From a bacterium ADurb.Bin236 (GTDB lineage Bacteria; UBP15; UBA6099), in contig MWCD01000004.1 in NCBI GenBank assembly GCA_002069885.1, positions 11,037 through 75,036 of the forward strand: a stretch of 64,000 nt of DNA. Reading direction: 5' to 3'. The notes below the pieces were generated by a model that was not told the origin of the DNA, ran no database searches, and worked only from the letters and a program-made list of their open reading frames with translations. How positions within the stretch are numbered: position 1 is the stretch's first letter; each line of letters starts with the position of its first letter. A program made the translations under genes and the position numbers. This document shows positions 8,556 through 18,149 of the stretch, piece after piece.

Positions 8556-9440
8556 TTAACGTTTATCGAACCGTATTATAGTTTCCATTCCGTTGTGGTC
8601 GCTTATCAGCCGGCCTGAAACCAACTCGTCGAACACCCATCGCGCAGACTCTATCGTGATTTTCCAGTCCGACCCGTTCTCGTCGTAGAAGAGATGGTCC
8701 ACATGGTCCAGATGCGCGCTGGCCATTTTTAGTTTTGAATTCTGAAGGAGCCAATCGCAATCCTCTTCTCCGGGATTGCAGTTGAAATCGCCGTGGATGA
8801 TAACCGGCCGCCGCGTTCCGCCGGAAAACCGCTCTACAGCAGCCATCATCTGCTTATAGTTTTCTATCCTCGGCTTGGGACCGAAGCCCGCCTGCGCGTG
8901 CAGCGTGTACACGTCTATCTCAAGCCCTCCGGGAAGAACTGTCGTCGCCCCCATGAATCCTTTATGGCTGAAAGCGTCAACTCCGAACTGCTCTTTCCAT
9001 CTCTCGAAAACCGACCTCTGTATTTCGCCTTTTGAGAAAATGTACAATCCGCTTCCTGTCGGGGACGTCGGCGAGCCTGTCCCCATGGCCACGAAATGGT
9101 TTTTCAGCCTGCGCGGAAAAACCTCTCTCTCCGGAATGAACGCTTCCTGCAGCCCTATGACATCATAGTCTTTGATGAGCTTGGCGATGAGCGCGGCCCT
9201 TTTTTCCGTCGGAACCAGCAGGTTGCGGTCGAATGTTATGAAATCAGGAAGCATACAGACGTTGTAGGTCAGGAATTTCAAAGTGTGAGATTTCTTCGGC
9301 GACTGTTCCGCTGCTTCAGACGCCGACGCCGCCAACGGAACCAAAACAGCCATTGCCGTAAAAACAGCGGAAACAATCAAAGCAAAGCCATGTCTTTTCA
9401 GATTGGAGTTCAAGTGTCGGCAACCATCCTTTTCAACCAT
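8556..9440 (-). CDS. Secreted endonuclease/exonuclease/phosphatase (EEP, DNase I-like / sphingomyelinase-like) family protein
   Basis: There is a signal peptide, followed by YNVCMLP...GLQEAF...HGDFNCNPG...SDHNGM, which are EEP catalytic motifs. Confidence 0.7.
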   Translation of the reverse strand: MVEKDGCRHLNSNLKRHGFALIVSAVFTAMAVLVPLAASASEAAEQSPKKSHTLKFLTYNVCMLPDFITFDRNLLVPTEKRAALIAKLIKDYDVIGLQEAFIPEREVFPRRLKNHFVAMGTGSPTSPTGSGLYIFSKGEIQRSVFERWKEQFGVDAFSHKGFMGATTVLPGGLEIDVYTLHAQAGFGPKPRIENYKQMMAAVERFSGGTRRPVIIHGDFNCNPGEEDCDWLLQNSKLKMASAHLDHVDHLFYDENGSDWKITIESARWVFDELVSGRLISDHNGMETIIRFDKR

Positions 9441-9476
9441 GCGCTTCGGCGATGGCGATTTTTTTGTTATGAGCGA

Positions 9477-10673
9477 TTATTTGAAAACTTTTACAATAAT
9501 GCCCAAGGCCTCTTCTATCTGGTCTTTCGTAATTATAAGAGGCGGAGCGAATCTGATGATGTCTGGCCGGGCGTCTTTGGCCAGCAGTCCGGCGTCGAGC
9601 AACTCAAGCGATTTGTCATGAGCGACAGGTTTTTCAAGAACCACGCCGACAAGCAGGCCTTTGCCACGAACCAGAGAAACGCCGGGAAGCTTAAGCTCCC
9701 GAAGGCTGGACATGAAAAACTCTCCCATAATCGAGGAGTTCTCGACCATCTTTTCATCCCGCAGCGCGTCCATCGCGGCTATCGCCACAGCGGCGGCGAG
9801 CGGGTTGCCGCCGAACGTGCTTCCGTGCGTGCCGTGAGTAAAAACCCTCATAACGTTCTCGTTCGCGCAGACTGCGGACACCGGAAGAACGCCTCCGCCC
9901 AGAGCTTTTCCGAGCGTGACTATGTCGGGCCGGATTCCGTAATGCTCGAAGCAGAACATTTTTCCCGTGCGCCCGAGCCCAGTCTGAATCTCGTCTAGGC
10001 ACAAAAGAACGCTGCGCTTGTCGCAAATCTCCCGGACGCGGGCCAAATAATCGTCTGGAGGGACCACCACCCCGCCCTCTCCCTGTATCGGCTCAAGCAG
10101 AACGCCCGCCGTGTCCTCGGTAATCGCGGCCTCAAGAGCGGCGGCGTCCCCGAACGGGACGATGTCGATTCCGGGAAGAAGCGGGCCGAAGCTTTTCTTA
10201 GTCGTATCGCTGGTGGACATGCTGATGGCGGCGATGGTGCGGCCGTGAAAGTTGTTGGCGGCGGCGATAATTCTCGCGCGGCCATCCGGAACGCCTTTGA
10301 CCTCATACGCCCATTTGCGCATAGCCTTAAGCGCCGTCTCGACCGCTTCAGCCCCAGTGTTCATGGGCAACGCCTTCTCGAACCTTGTCAGCGCGCACAA
10401 TTTTTCGAGGAACGGCCCAAGCATGTCATTGTGAAACGCCCTAGATGTGAGGGTCGACCGCCCGGCCTGCTCTATCAGAGCCTTGACTATTTTAGGATGC
10501 CTGTGCCCGTGGCTCATCGCCGAATACGCGCTGAGCATGTCCATATACTTCCGGCCCTCCGGATCCCACACGTATACGCCTTCGCCTTTCGATATGCACA
10601 CCGGGAGTGGCTCGTAGTTTCTGGCGCACCATTTCTCCGCCAATTCCATCAGTCTTTCGCTTTCGCTGCCCAT
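9477..10673 (-). CDS. rocD: Ornithine aminotransferase (class III PLP aminotransferase)
   Basis: The OAT-type signature is SAYSAMSHGHRHPKIV, the DEIQTGLGRTG motif is present, and the PLP lysine lies in TLGKALGGG. Confidence 0.85.
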   Translation of the reverse strand: MGSESERLMELAEKWCARNYEPLPVCISKGEGVYVWDPEGRKYMDMLSAYSAMSHGHRHPKIVKALIEQAGRSTLTSRAFHNDMLGPFLEKLCALTRFEKALPMNTGAEAVETALKAMRKWAYEVKGVPDGRARIIAAANNFHGRTIAAISMSTSDTTKKSFGPLLPGIDIVPFGDAAALEAAITEDTAGVLLEPIQGEGGVVVPPDDYLARVREICDKRSVLLCLDEIQTGLGRTGKMFCFEHYGIRPDIVTLGKALGGGVLPVSAVCANENVMRVFTHGTHGSTFGGNPLAAAVAIAAMDALRDEKMVENSSIMGEFFMSSLRELKLPGVSLVRGKGLLVGVVLEKPVAHDKSLELLDAGLLAKDARPDIIRFAPPLIITKDQIEEALGIIVKVFK

Positions 10674-10805
10674 GCAAAGTTGACCCTGTCTTAAAATATT
10701 AGGTCGCGCCTACCTTCGCGCGACCCCGAATAATATACATCATCGTTGGTTTTTTTTCATCAATTCCGCGTTCCGCGGCGTTCACGGTCTATAATTTCGA
10801 TTATG

Positions 10806-12155
10806 AGCGAACCGAAAGTGATATTGAGGCGCTGCGAGACCGCCGACCCGGCGAGAATCAGAGCCATCATAGCGGAGTGTTTTGAAGAACTACAGTTTCA
10901 GCCGCGCGGGCGCACCCTCATCAAACCCAACGTCGTCACCGCAAACAGGCAATACATACATCACTCGCACACTCACCCGGCGGTGACGGAAGCTCTAGCT
11001 CATCACCTGAAAACCCGACCCGAAGTATCGCAGATTACCATCGGCGAATCCTCCGGCTTCGGCATACCCCCCGGCCTTTTCATGCATGAGGCAGGTTACG
11101 ACGCGCTCGCGCGGCGGCTCAAAGTGCGACTTGTCGATTTCAACGAGGACCGCGCGACTTGGGTGGACTTGAAGAAAGCCGTCGCCCAGAAAGGATTCCA
11201 CGTCCCCCGCTCCATCCTCGAAGCCGACACGAAAATATGGGTCCCGAAACTGAAATATCATATCTGTTGCGAATTGACGAACGCGCTGAAGCTCAACATA
11301 GGAATACTCCAGCACCGCGACCGGATGGCTGTGCACGACAACCGGCTCAACGACAAGATAGTGGATATGCTGGAAATCGGATATCCGGACTGCGTCGTAA
11401 CGGACGCGATACACATCGGGCACGGGTTCGAGAGCGCGCCTCAGGGGTTCCATCTCGGCCTGCTGCTGGTGTCAAACAATCCACTCGCCGCGGACGCTGT
11501 CGCAGGCTCCGCCCTCGGTTATAAGCCCGAAGAAATCGTTCATCTGCGCATCGCGCGCGACAGAGGCTACGGCTCCATTGACCTCAACGACATCCGGATT
11601 ACTGGCGACTATCCGCTGGATGAAATCATATCCAAGACAAAGGGGCTGACAAGCGAATATCAGGACATACTAGCGGTGGACACGCCGATAAAGTTTTATT
11701 GCGGAGACGCGCCGGAACACGAGCCGGAGAACGCTCCCTCGCCGAACTGTTCGCCGTCCGTGCGCAGGGAGTCCGACAGCGAGAACTTCTGTTACGGCGG
11801 CTGCCTCGCGGCTGTCAAAGGATGCCTCGGCACGATAGACAAAAGACGTCCCGGCTCAGTGGCGCGCGCCCGCCCCGGCGCTGTCGTCACCGGCATCTAC
11901 AAAGGCGACGTCATACATCCCGGCCAGACGGCTTTTCTCATCGGCGACTGTTCCCGCGTTGACGGCAGGCTCGAAGCGAAACGCGTCATCAGGCTCACCG
12001 GATGCCCCATCGGGGCCTCCAAGCTGCTGATAAAAATGCCGAGCGTATTCAAGATGCCATCCCCTATGAGCGACGCGCGCTCCGCAGTCCAGTTCATCTA
12101 CTTCACCCTCCGCCACGCCCTCAGAAAACTCGTCCTCAAAATCATCCCCGGCTGA
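10806..12155 (+). CDS. DUF362 domain protein with a Cys-rich C-terminal region. The track ORF starts at 10746; the Met at 10806 is the likelier start. Its last ~40 codons are repeated at 20008-20144.
   Basis: LIKPNVVTA...ITIGESSG is the DUF362 signature. The C-terminus has several CxxC motifs. The tail ...SAVQFIYFTLRHALRKLVLKIIPG* is shared with the remnant at 19989-20117. Confidence 0.6.
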   Translation, partial: SEPKVILRRCETADPARIRAIIAECFEELQFQPRGRTLIKPNVVTANRQYIHHSHTHPAVTEALAHHLKTRPEVSQITIGESSGFGIPPGLFMHEAGYDALARRLKVRLVDFNEDRATWVDLKKAVAQKGFHVPRSILEADTKIWVPKLKYHICCELTNALKLNIGILQHRDRMAVHDNRLNDKIVDMLEIGYPDCVVTDAIHIGHGFESAPQGFHLGLLLVSNNPLAADAVAGSALGYKPEEIVHLRIARDRGYGSIDLNDIRITGDYPLDEIISKTKGLTSEYQDILAVDTPIKFYCGDAPEHEPENAPSPNCSPSVRRESDSENFCYGGCLAAVKGCLGTIDKRRPGSVARARPGAVVTGIYKGDVIHPGQTAFLIGDCSRVDGRLEAKRVIRLTGCPIGASKLLIKMPSVFKMPSPMSDARSAVQFIYFTLRHALRKLVLKIIPG

Positions 12156-12182
12156 TCGAATCTTAATCTGCCGTTGTGATTT
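12045..12182 (+). repeat. Left copy of an imperfect ~135-bp direct repeat, covering the 3' end of the DUF362 gene plus ~27 bp downstream
   Basis: It aligns with 20008-20144 at roughly 75% identity. The identical cores are AAGTTCATCTA, TCCCCGGCTGA and CTGCCGTT, and the offset between copies is 7962-7963 bp. Confidence 0.65.
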
Positions 12183-12570
12183 GGGGTTAATGGATAATCG
12201 TTAGTTAATATGTCAACCCGAATTATTCATAGGCGGTTAAGAATCGTTGCCTAGACCGCATTGTCGCCGTACAAAGCTGCATCTTTGGTGCGCCTCCTTT
12301 TTTGCCGCTTGTCACTGCTCGCTACTATGATAATCGGCTGAGGAGGCTCACTTATTTAGTGGGGTTCATGAATAATTCGGGTATAATCAGGCTCACTTTA
12401 CTCATCGTTGCCAAGGTCTCCTTGGCAACGGGAAATAATGACAATGAATGCGGAGCTTTCGGCTCATCCGTTACAAAGGCGACCTTTGTAACGATGATAA
12501 ATATGCGTTGTTCATTGTGGCGGGTTCACGCGCCCGGGTGAGGTTACAAGCCCGGTGTGGGCGCGCGCGA

Positions 12571-12628
12571 AATAAAAGAAAATGGGGACAATCAGCGCGG
12601 TTTTTCGCGATGGGTGTCCCCTTTTTTC
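12571..12628. terminator. Bidirectional rho-independent terminator at the 3' end of the minus-strand acyl-CoA dehydrogenase gene
   Basis: The stem is GGGGACAATCAGCGCGG / CGCGATGGGTGTCCCC, with a T-run on both strands. Confidence 0.5.
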
Positions 12629-12661
12629 AGAGCTGTTATAACTGCTCGCTGCCGATTCAGT

Positions 12662-13861
12662 TCACAGCAGAGCCATGCCTTTGATGGTCATTATCTCATT
12701 TGTGGCGTCCATGATTTGAAGCAGTTTGGCGTCGCGCATGTATTTCTCCAAGTTGTATTCTTTGGAGATGCCGTAGCCGCCGAGTATCTGCACCATTTCG
12801 ACGGTGTGCTTCATGGCAAGGTTGGTGGCGAAGACGCGGGCGGCGGCGGAAAGTTTTAGGTCGCCCATAAATTTGTTGGCGAGCGTCCAAGACGCTTTCC
12901 AGAGGAGTCCGCGCGCGGCTTCTATTGCCTGATACGCCTCGAATAGCCTGAAACCTATCGCCTGGTGCTGGAAGATCGGTTTGCCGAACTGCACTCGCTC
13001 TTTGGCGTACTGCAACGCTTCTTCATACGCGGCGCGCATCAGCCCGACGGCCAGATATCCGACGCCGATGTTGCCGACTGTCTTTATCGCATTGTGGATG
13101 GTGGGATAGCCGTCTCCGGGCGGCATAATCATGTTGCCCTCCGGGATTCGCGCGCCGTCGAAGCATACTTCGCCCTGATTCAACGCTCTCATGCCCAGCT
13201 TGTCCATAGATTTGCCGCGTTCGACGCCCTGCCCCAGCGGAACCAGAAAAACGCCAGAGCCTTTTATCCCCTTTGACTGGTCGACGCAAGCAAAAACAAG
13301 AAATAAATCGGCTATGCTGCCGTTGCTGACGAAGCTGGATTTTGCTCCGGTGATGATGTATTCGGAGCCTTCTTTTTTCGCGGATGTTTCGTGATGGACG
13401 CACGGGTCGTAGTAGTTGCTGCCGTCTGAGCCGATGTTGCCTTCGGAGCTGCCCCATGCCGATATGTGCTCGGCTTTGGTGTCATCGCAGTAAGGGACGA
13501 CATGTTTTTCGATGAGTTCTTTTTTGCCGCCGGCGAGAACGCTGAGGAACGCGGGGGCGACCATTCCGGCGAGCAGAGTGGCGGGAATGCCCACGCCGCC
13601 GACAGCGAGTTCTTCCCAGACCAGCGCGGTGCTAAGCGGGTCAAGTCCAAGCCCGCCGTGCTGGACGTTTATCGTCATCTTATGGAATCCCAACTCGTAA
13701 GCCTGTCTTAAAGTGTTCCTGAATTCAGGGCTGGCGTATGCCTCGTCAGGATTCTGCATTTTATCTATGGCAAGCTCGGCGGGCCTTATCACCTCGCGGG
13801 CGAACTTCTTCGCCATCTTCTGCAACTCAAGCTGTTCCTGCGTCGGTTTGAAATCGATCAT
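12662..13861 (-). CDS. Acyl-CoA dehydrogenase
   Basis: The ACAD fold motifs are ...GSDGSNYY..., ...YEEALQYAKERVQFGKPI..., and a C-terminal ...IMDATNEIM... Confidence 0.9.
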   Translation of the reverse strand: MIDFKPTQEQLELQKMAKKFAREVIRPAELAIDKMQNPDEAYASPEFRNTLRQAYELGFHKMTINVQHGGLGLDPLSTALVWEELAVGGVGIPATLLAGMVAPAFLSVLAGGKKELIEKHVVPYCDDTKAEHISAWGSSEGNIGSDGSNYYDPCVHHETSAKKEGSEYIITGAKSSFVSNGSIADLFLVFACVDQSKGIKGSGVFLVPLGQGVERGKSMDKLGMRALNQGEVCFDGARIPEGNMIMPPGDGYPTIHNAIKTVGNIGVGYLAVGLMRAAYEEALQYAKERVQFGKPIFQHQAIGFRLFEAYQAIEAARGLLWKASWTLANKFMGDLKLSAAARVFATNLAMKHTVEMVQILGGYGISKEYNLEKYMRDAKLLQIMDATNEIMTIKGMALL

Positions 13862-14628
13862 TTCTCGAACCCCCAGTCAGTTCTTGCGAACGAGTAAGGA
13901 AGGAAAACGTCCGGGTCCGCTTCTCCGACCACTTCGCCGGGGTGCATGATGGTGTCGCTCGTGAAGAAGTAGGCAGCCACCGGGCGCTTGCAGACAATTT
14001 CGCTCCATGAGTCGTGCGCGGACGGCTCGAATGTGATTTTGCCCATGCCCATCTCGAAAGAATGATAGACGATTTCCGTGCGTTGCCTGACGAGAAGAAT
14101 CGGGCCGTCGAAGCCGGGTTTCAGGTCGGCGCGGGGCATGAACTTGAAAAGGAAACTGGGGCCGACTTTGAGTGGCGGCTCGGCCATTTTGACGGCCAGT
14201 TCCGCCCTGATGGTCGCAAATCGAACGCCCCTGCGCTCGACGGTTCCTTCGACCACTTTGCCGTCGCGGTTCAGAGTTATCTTTGCGGTTTTCTTCGGAA
14301 ATCCGTAGATTTCGCGTCCGTTGAAAATCCGGTCGTCGTCGCCGTCGAGGGGCATGGACAGGCAGTAGTTGCCGACCTCTCCCTTATATTGACACCTGAT
14401 GAAAAGAGCGCATTCCCTGTATCCCGGCCCGAGGTTCGTGTCAGGAAAGTTCGAGATGTAGGAAAGCGCCCACGGCTCTGCCGCAGGTTCCAGCGGCGGC
14501 GGCAGCAGTTTCGCGATAATGTCCGGCTCCGTCTCATACATGATGCCGAGCATCTGCGCTCCGTCGAACCTCCTCGTTGCGAATCCATAATAATTGTCAA
14601 TTTCCTCTTTGCTTCTGATGAACCCCAT
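13858..14628 (-). CDS. Acetoacetate decarboxylase (ADC) family protein. The track ORF has a spurious Arg-rich N-extension; the real start is the Met at 14628, preceded by AGGAGG.
   Basis: MGFIRSKEEIDNYYGF...YRECALFIRCQYKG...GREIYGFPKK resembles the ADC family, and a perfect RBS (GAGGAGG) lies 8 nt upstream. Confidence 0.7.
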   Translation of the reverse strand: MGFIRSKEEIDNYYGFATRRFDGAQMLGIMYETEPDIIAKLLPPPLEPAAEPWALSYISNFPDTNLGPGYRECALFIRCQYKGEVGNYCLSMPLDGDDDRIFNGREIYGFPKKTAKITLNRDGKVVEGTVERRGVRFATIRAELAVKMAEPPLKVGPSFLFKFMPRADLKPGFDGPILLVRQRTEIVYHSFEMGMGKITFEPSAHDSWSEIVCKRPVAAYFFTSDTIMHPGEVVGEADPDVFLPYSFARTDWGFEK

Positions 14629-14705
14629 TTCCCAGCCTCCTCTTAGTGTTTGAGCCTTCCGCGCGGGGCTTTCGACCGCCTTTCGCGTCCGGCTTATATT
14701 TGCTT

Positions 14706-17279
14706 TTAAGCAATATACTGCTCGGTGCGAGCAATCACCTCGTCCTGAATCTCCCTGCCGAGTTCTGTGAAATAAGCGCTGTATCCGCCGACTTTCACTA
14801 TAAGGTCGCGGTGCGCGTCCGGGTCTTGCTGGGCCTCGCGCATGGTTTCGGAAGACACGACGGTGGGCTGCAACTGAGCGCCGCCCATCCTGAAATATGC
14901 GCGTATGAGCGCGGCCCATTTCTTCCTCGCTTCTTGCGTTCCGCCGACGGCGGAGGGATGAAACTTCATGTTCACCGCCGCGCCTAGTATCTGCGTAAAA
15001 TCAAGCGAGGCGACCGACCGCATAGCCGCAGTCACGCCATTCTTTTCGACGTTGTATGGATTGCAGCTCGCGGCGTACGGGGTCGCTGCGCGGCGTCCGT
15101 CGGGCGTGGCTATGGACAACCTGCCGTCTATCGTGTGAGTGGTCATGCTTATCACGTAAGGAACGAAAACCCCGCCCCGGCTGGTACTGTATTTGTAAGT
15201 TTCATCGAACATCGCGTTCGTCACCCGCCGCGCCAACTCGTCCGTTTCCGCGAATCCATTCCCCCATTTTCCTTCAATTCCGGCTATCTCGCGCCGCAGG
15301 TCCTCGAGTCCGGCATAGTTCACGTTTATCGCCTCGATTATTTCGCGGAGCGCGAACTTGCGTTTTTCGAAAACGAGCTTTTTGATCACTAAAAGAGAGT
15401 CGGAAACATTTGCAATGCTGTTAATGAAGGAAATGCCGCTGAGGTCGTACAGAGCGCCGCCTTTGACGACGTCCCTGCCCTTTTCCGCGCATCCCTGCAT
15501 GAACGCCGAGATCAGAGGAGCGGGAAGCATGTCAGCAAAGACATCGTCCTTGATATTCGACGCGTCGGCGATGAGTTTTATCTGATGCCGGGCCTGCTTG
15601 AGAAAAGCCTCCTCGAAACTCTCGTAAGAGTCGAACGATTCCGGCTCGCCGGTCTTGAGTCCGACGTTTTTGATAAGGCCCATCATGGTGAGCGAGTTGC
15701 CGTTGCGCAAAGTGAGGTCGAGCAGACGGGAAAGAAGAAGAGCCGAGGCGCTCATGCCGCCGGTCTTGCCCGGACACAGCATCTCGACGCAACCCATTAC
15801 GGCGTAGTCGCGGGCGTCCTCGTCTGAGAACCCTCGCCTCCGCATCGACTCGACATTGATATCGTCGTTGAAAAGAGAAATGTTCGAGCCGCCCGTGAAA
15901 ACCGCTTCCGCAGCGGCAGGAAGCAGGTCTTCAGGAGAATCCTTGTGCACGCGGAGAGAAACGTTGGTCACCGCTTTGGCTCTCGCGGCCGCTTCCAAGA
16001 ACAGATAAGTCAATTCGTTCGTGCCGTCCGTCCCATCGGGTTTCACCCCGCCCACTGTGACAGGCGATGAACCGAGGAACCGGTGATAGAAATTGCTCAG
16101 CATGTTCGATTCCGGACGTATGTTTTGGGACATGATTTTGAGCAAAAGCTCTTCGAGCGCCGCGCGCGCTTCGTCCCGCGTTATTATTCCGTCCTCGATG
16201 TCTTTTTTGTAATAAGGATAGAATATCTGGTCCATCCTTCCGAAGCTGTGAAGGTTGACCGGATGAGCAAGCTCCACCGCCGTCTTGACCGTCCACGCCG
16301 CCTGAACAGCCTGCATGAAAGTCTCCGACGGCATCAAGGGAGCGGTTTTGCAGTTTTCCAATGCGGCGCGAAGAGCGACTCTGCATTCCGGGACAAGTTC
16401 GTCTTCGAGCGCGGCTTTAACGGCGTCTGCCAGCCTGCGCGCGAAAACAATGGCGCCGTCTAGAGCCATTTCAACAGAGCGATGGAAAGCCCGCGTTTCA
16501 TCGTCCGCCGCAGCCGCGATCCTTTGCGCGGCCTCTTCCTTCATCTTTAAAAGCCCTTTTTTCACTACCGTGTCGAAATCAATTATCACGTGCCCCTGAT
16601 AAGAGGATATCGTCGAGCAGATCGACACCATCATTGTCTGCCGGGAGGTGATAGTTGGCAGCGCGAGACTGAATTCCCGCATGTCTTCGCCGAGCAGCCC
16701 AGACGACATCAACCGACGGTCTACCTCTTCGACGACCGTTTTTCCTTCCCAGAAAGGAAGAAGCTCGTTGACGAGAACTTTTCTGTCTTCCGGATCAATC
16801 ACATATCTATTTATTTCGCGCTCGTCCATCGTTTTTATTTCAAGGTTCATGGGCTGCTGCCCGGCGGCTCGGGACGCTTTCATATTTCGCGCGAAATCCC
16901 GCAGGCCGCGTTTGCCGACAAGATACGAAAGAGCGCCGCCTAGAGACTTGAATCTGAATCTCATTATCGATCCGCGCGCAAGCTCGGTTTTAAAAACCCC
17001 GTTGAACACGCCCCGCTCAATGTCGATGGGGATGCCCATGAAATCTTCCGTCCAATATCCCGCGATAAGGTCTTCCGGCTCGACATGCATGTCCATGTTT
17101 TCATACACGTTCTTCATAGCGAGAGCCACGCGCTCGCCGGCGGTCAGTCCGGAACCTTCCGTCTTCTTCCAGCTTTCGGTGTAATACTTAGCGCGCTGAA
17201 TTGAAATCTTCGGAGTCTCCAGAATATACCTGTCGCGCAACTCGGCAATCCGGTTTTTGTTTTTCTCAATAGTCAGCAT
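14706..17279 (-). CDS. Glycyl radical enzyme of the PFL2 / glycerol-dehydratase-like clade (858 aa from the Met at 17279)
   Basis: The C-terminal glycyl-radical loop is ...LIVKVGGYSAYFTELGREIQDEVIARTE, the Cys loop is GCVE (AVMGCVEMLCPGKTGG), and the N-terminal region is GRE-like. An RBS (GAGGGGGA) precedes the start. Confidence 0.85.
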   Translation of the reverse strand: MLTIEKNKNRIAELRDRYILETPKISIQRAKYYTESWKKTEGSGLTAGERVALAMKNVYENMDMHVEPEDLIAGYWTEDFMGIPIDIERGVFNGVFKTELARGSIMRFRFKSLGGALSYLVGKRGLRDFARNMKASRAAGQQPMNLEIKTMDEREINRYVIDPEDRKVLVNELLPFWEGKTVVEEVDRRLMSSGLLGEDMREFSLALPTITSRQTMMVSICSTISSYQGHVIIDFDTVVKKGLLKMKEEAAQRIAAAADDETRAFHRSVEMALDGAIVFARRLADAVKAALEDELVPECRVALRAALENCKTAPLMPSETFMQAVQAAWTVKTAVELAHPVNLHSFGRMDQIFYPYYKKDIEDGIITRDEARAALEELLLKIMSQNIRPESNMLSNFYHRFLGSSPVTVGGVKPDGTDGTNELTYLFLEAAARAKAVTNVSLRVHKDSPEDLLPAAAEAVFTGGSNISLFNDDINVESMRRRGFSDEDARDYAVMGCVEMLCPGKTGGMSASALLLSRLLDLTLRNGNSLTMMGLIKNVGLKTGEPESFDSYESFEEAFLKQARHQIKLIADASNIKDDVFADMLPAPLISAFMQGCAEKGRDVVKGGALYDLSGISFINSIANVSDSLLVIKKLVFEKRKFALREIIEAINVNYAGLEDLRREIAGIEGKWGNGFAETDELARRVTNAMFDETYKYSTSRGGVFVPYVISMTTHTIDGRLSIATPDGRRAATPYAASCNPYNVEKNGVTAAMRSVASLDFTQILGAAVNMKFHPSAVGGTQEARKKWAALIRAYFRMGGAQLQPTVVSSETMREAQQDPDAHRDLIVKVGGYSAYFTELGREIQDEVIARTEQYIA

Positions 17280-17306
17280 TGTTAGTCCCCCTCGCACGGT
17301 CGCGCT

Positions 17307-17972
17307 TCAACCGTCCAGAACCGACGCGTCCGCGAACCTGTCCAGCATCGCGTCCACCACCATCCTGACATGCTCCCTGCGTTCGGCCAGCGCGCTCTTC
17401 GCCAGAGGATCGCCTTTCCACAGCAACTCAAGCGCGGGCGCGTATGTGTAGTAATTTATCGCCAACCCGAACAGAGTGACGAAAAAATGTCTGGGGGCAA
17501 CCGCTCCGCCGCCGGGCAGCAAAGCTCCGAACGCGACCTCTCCCCACCTCTGCAACGGCTCCATGTATTGCGCTATTTTCTCCAGACTCTGCGACCTCGA
17601 ACATATCTCTCTCTGAATCAGCCGCGCATAACCGGGATTCAACTCCACGAAATCCAGATACGCTTCCATTCCGGCGTGAACCTTCTGCCTCGCAGTCCCT
17701 CCCGCGGTCAATGCGCCTATCAACGCCTGCGCCTGCGCCTTGTAGTAAACGTCCAGCACGTTGTCAAATAGGTTCTTTTTGCTTTCGAAATAATAGAATA
17801 CGAGAGCTTTCGCGACTCCCGCCTTCTCCGCAATGTCGTTTACGCTCACTCCGTCATGCCCGCGTTCGATAAACAACTCCTCCGCCGCCCTGAAAATCTT
17901 TTCTCTGGCGTCCGGCTCGGACACCTTCGTTTCATTTTCGGTAACGACGTCTTTTTTTGTTAATGTGTTCAT
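17307..17972 (-). CDS. TetR family transcriptional regulator (the real start is the Met at 17972; the track ORF runs into its own operator region)
   Basis: The HTH is ...REKIFRAAEELFIERGHDGVSVNDIAEKAGVAKALVFYYFESKK. Confidence 0.85.
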   Translation of the reverse strand: MNTLTKKDVVTENETKVSEPDAREKIFRAAEELFIERGHDGVSVNDIAEKAGVAKALVFYYFESKKNLFDNVLDVYYKAQAQALIGALTAGGTARQKVHAGMEAYLDFVELNPGYARLIQREICSRSQSLEKIAQYMEPLQRWGEVAFGALLPGGGAVAPRHFFVTLFGLAINYYTYAPALELLWKGDPLAKSALAERREHVRMVVDAMLDRFADASVLDG

Positions 17973-18024
17973 CTTAATCACCGCCGCCGCCACAGTTATC
18001 TCACAGTTTTTATTTGCGAACGTC

Positions 18025-18070
18025 TTGACCGAACGGTCAACTCCTGTCATTATATTAACCGAGCGGTCAA
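18025..18070. promoter_or_regulatory. Two palindromic operator sites in the divergent tetR / epimerase intergenic region
   Basis: TTGACCGAACGGTCAA (18025-18040) is a perfect 16-bp palindrome, and TTAACCGAGCGGTCAA (18055-18070) is a near-perfect one. The centres are 30 bp apart. Confidence 0.5.
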
Positions 18071-18149
18071 AGACTGTCAAGACATCTCGCCGAATTTAAC
18101 CAGATTTTTACAAATGCAGGTAAAAAAGGTTAGACCGGCGGCAGAGAGG

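Noticed and set aside
12302-12684. Two overlapping small plus-strand ORFs (79 and 78 aa)
   Set aside because: They have no RBS, low-complexity or odd composition, and overlap a terminator. I treat the region as non-coding.
13858-14919. 353-aa version of the ADC-like ORF, and the 341-aa version of the histidine phosphatase ORF (59396-60421)
   Set aside because: The N-terminal ~100-130 aa are Arg/Pro-rich junk in the upstream intergenic region. An internal Met with a strong RBS gives the real start, so I trimmed them.
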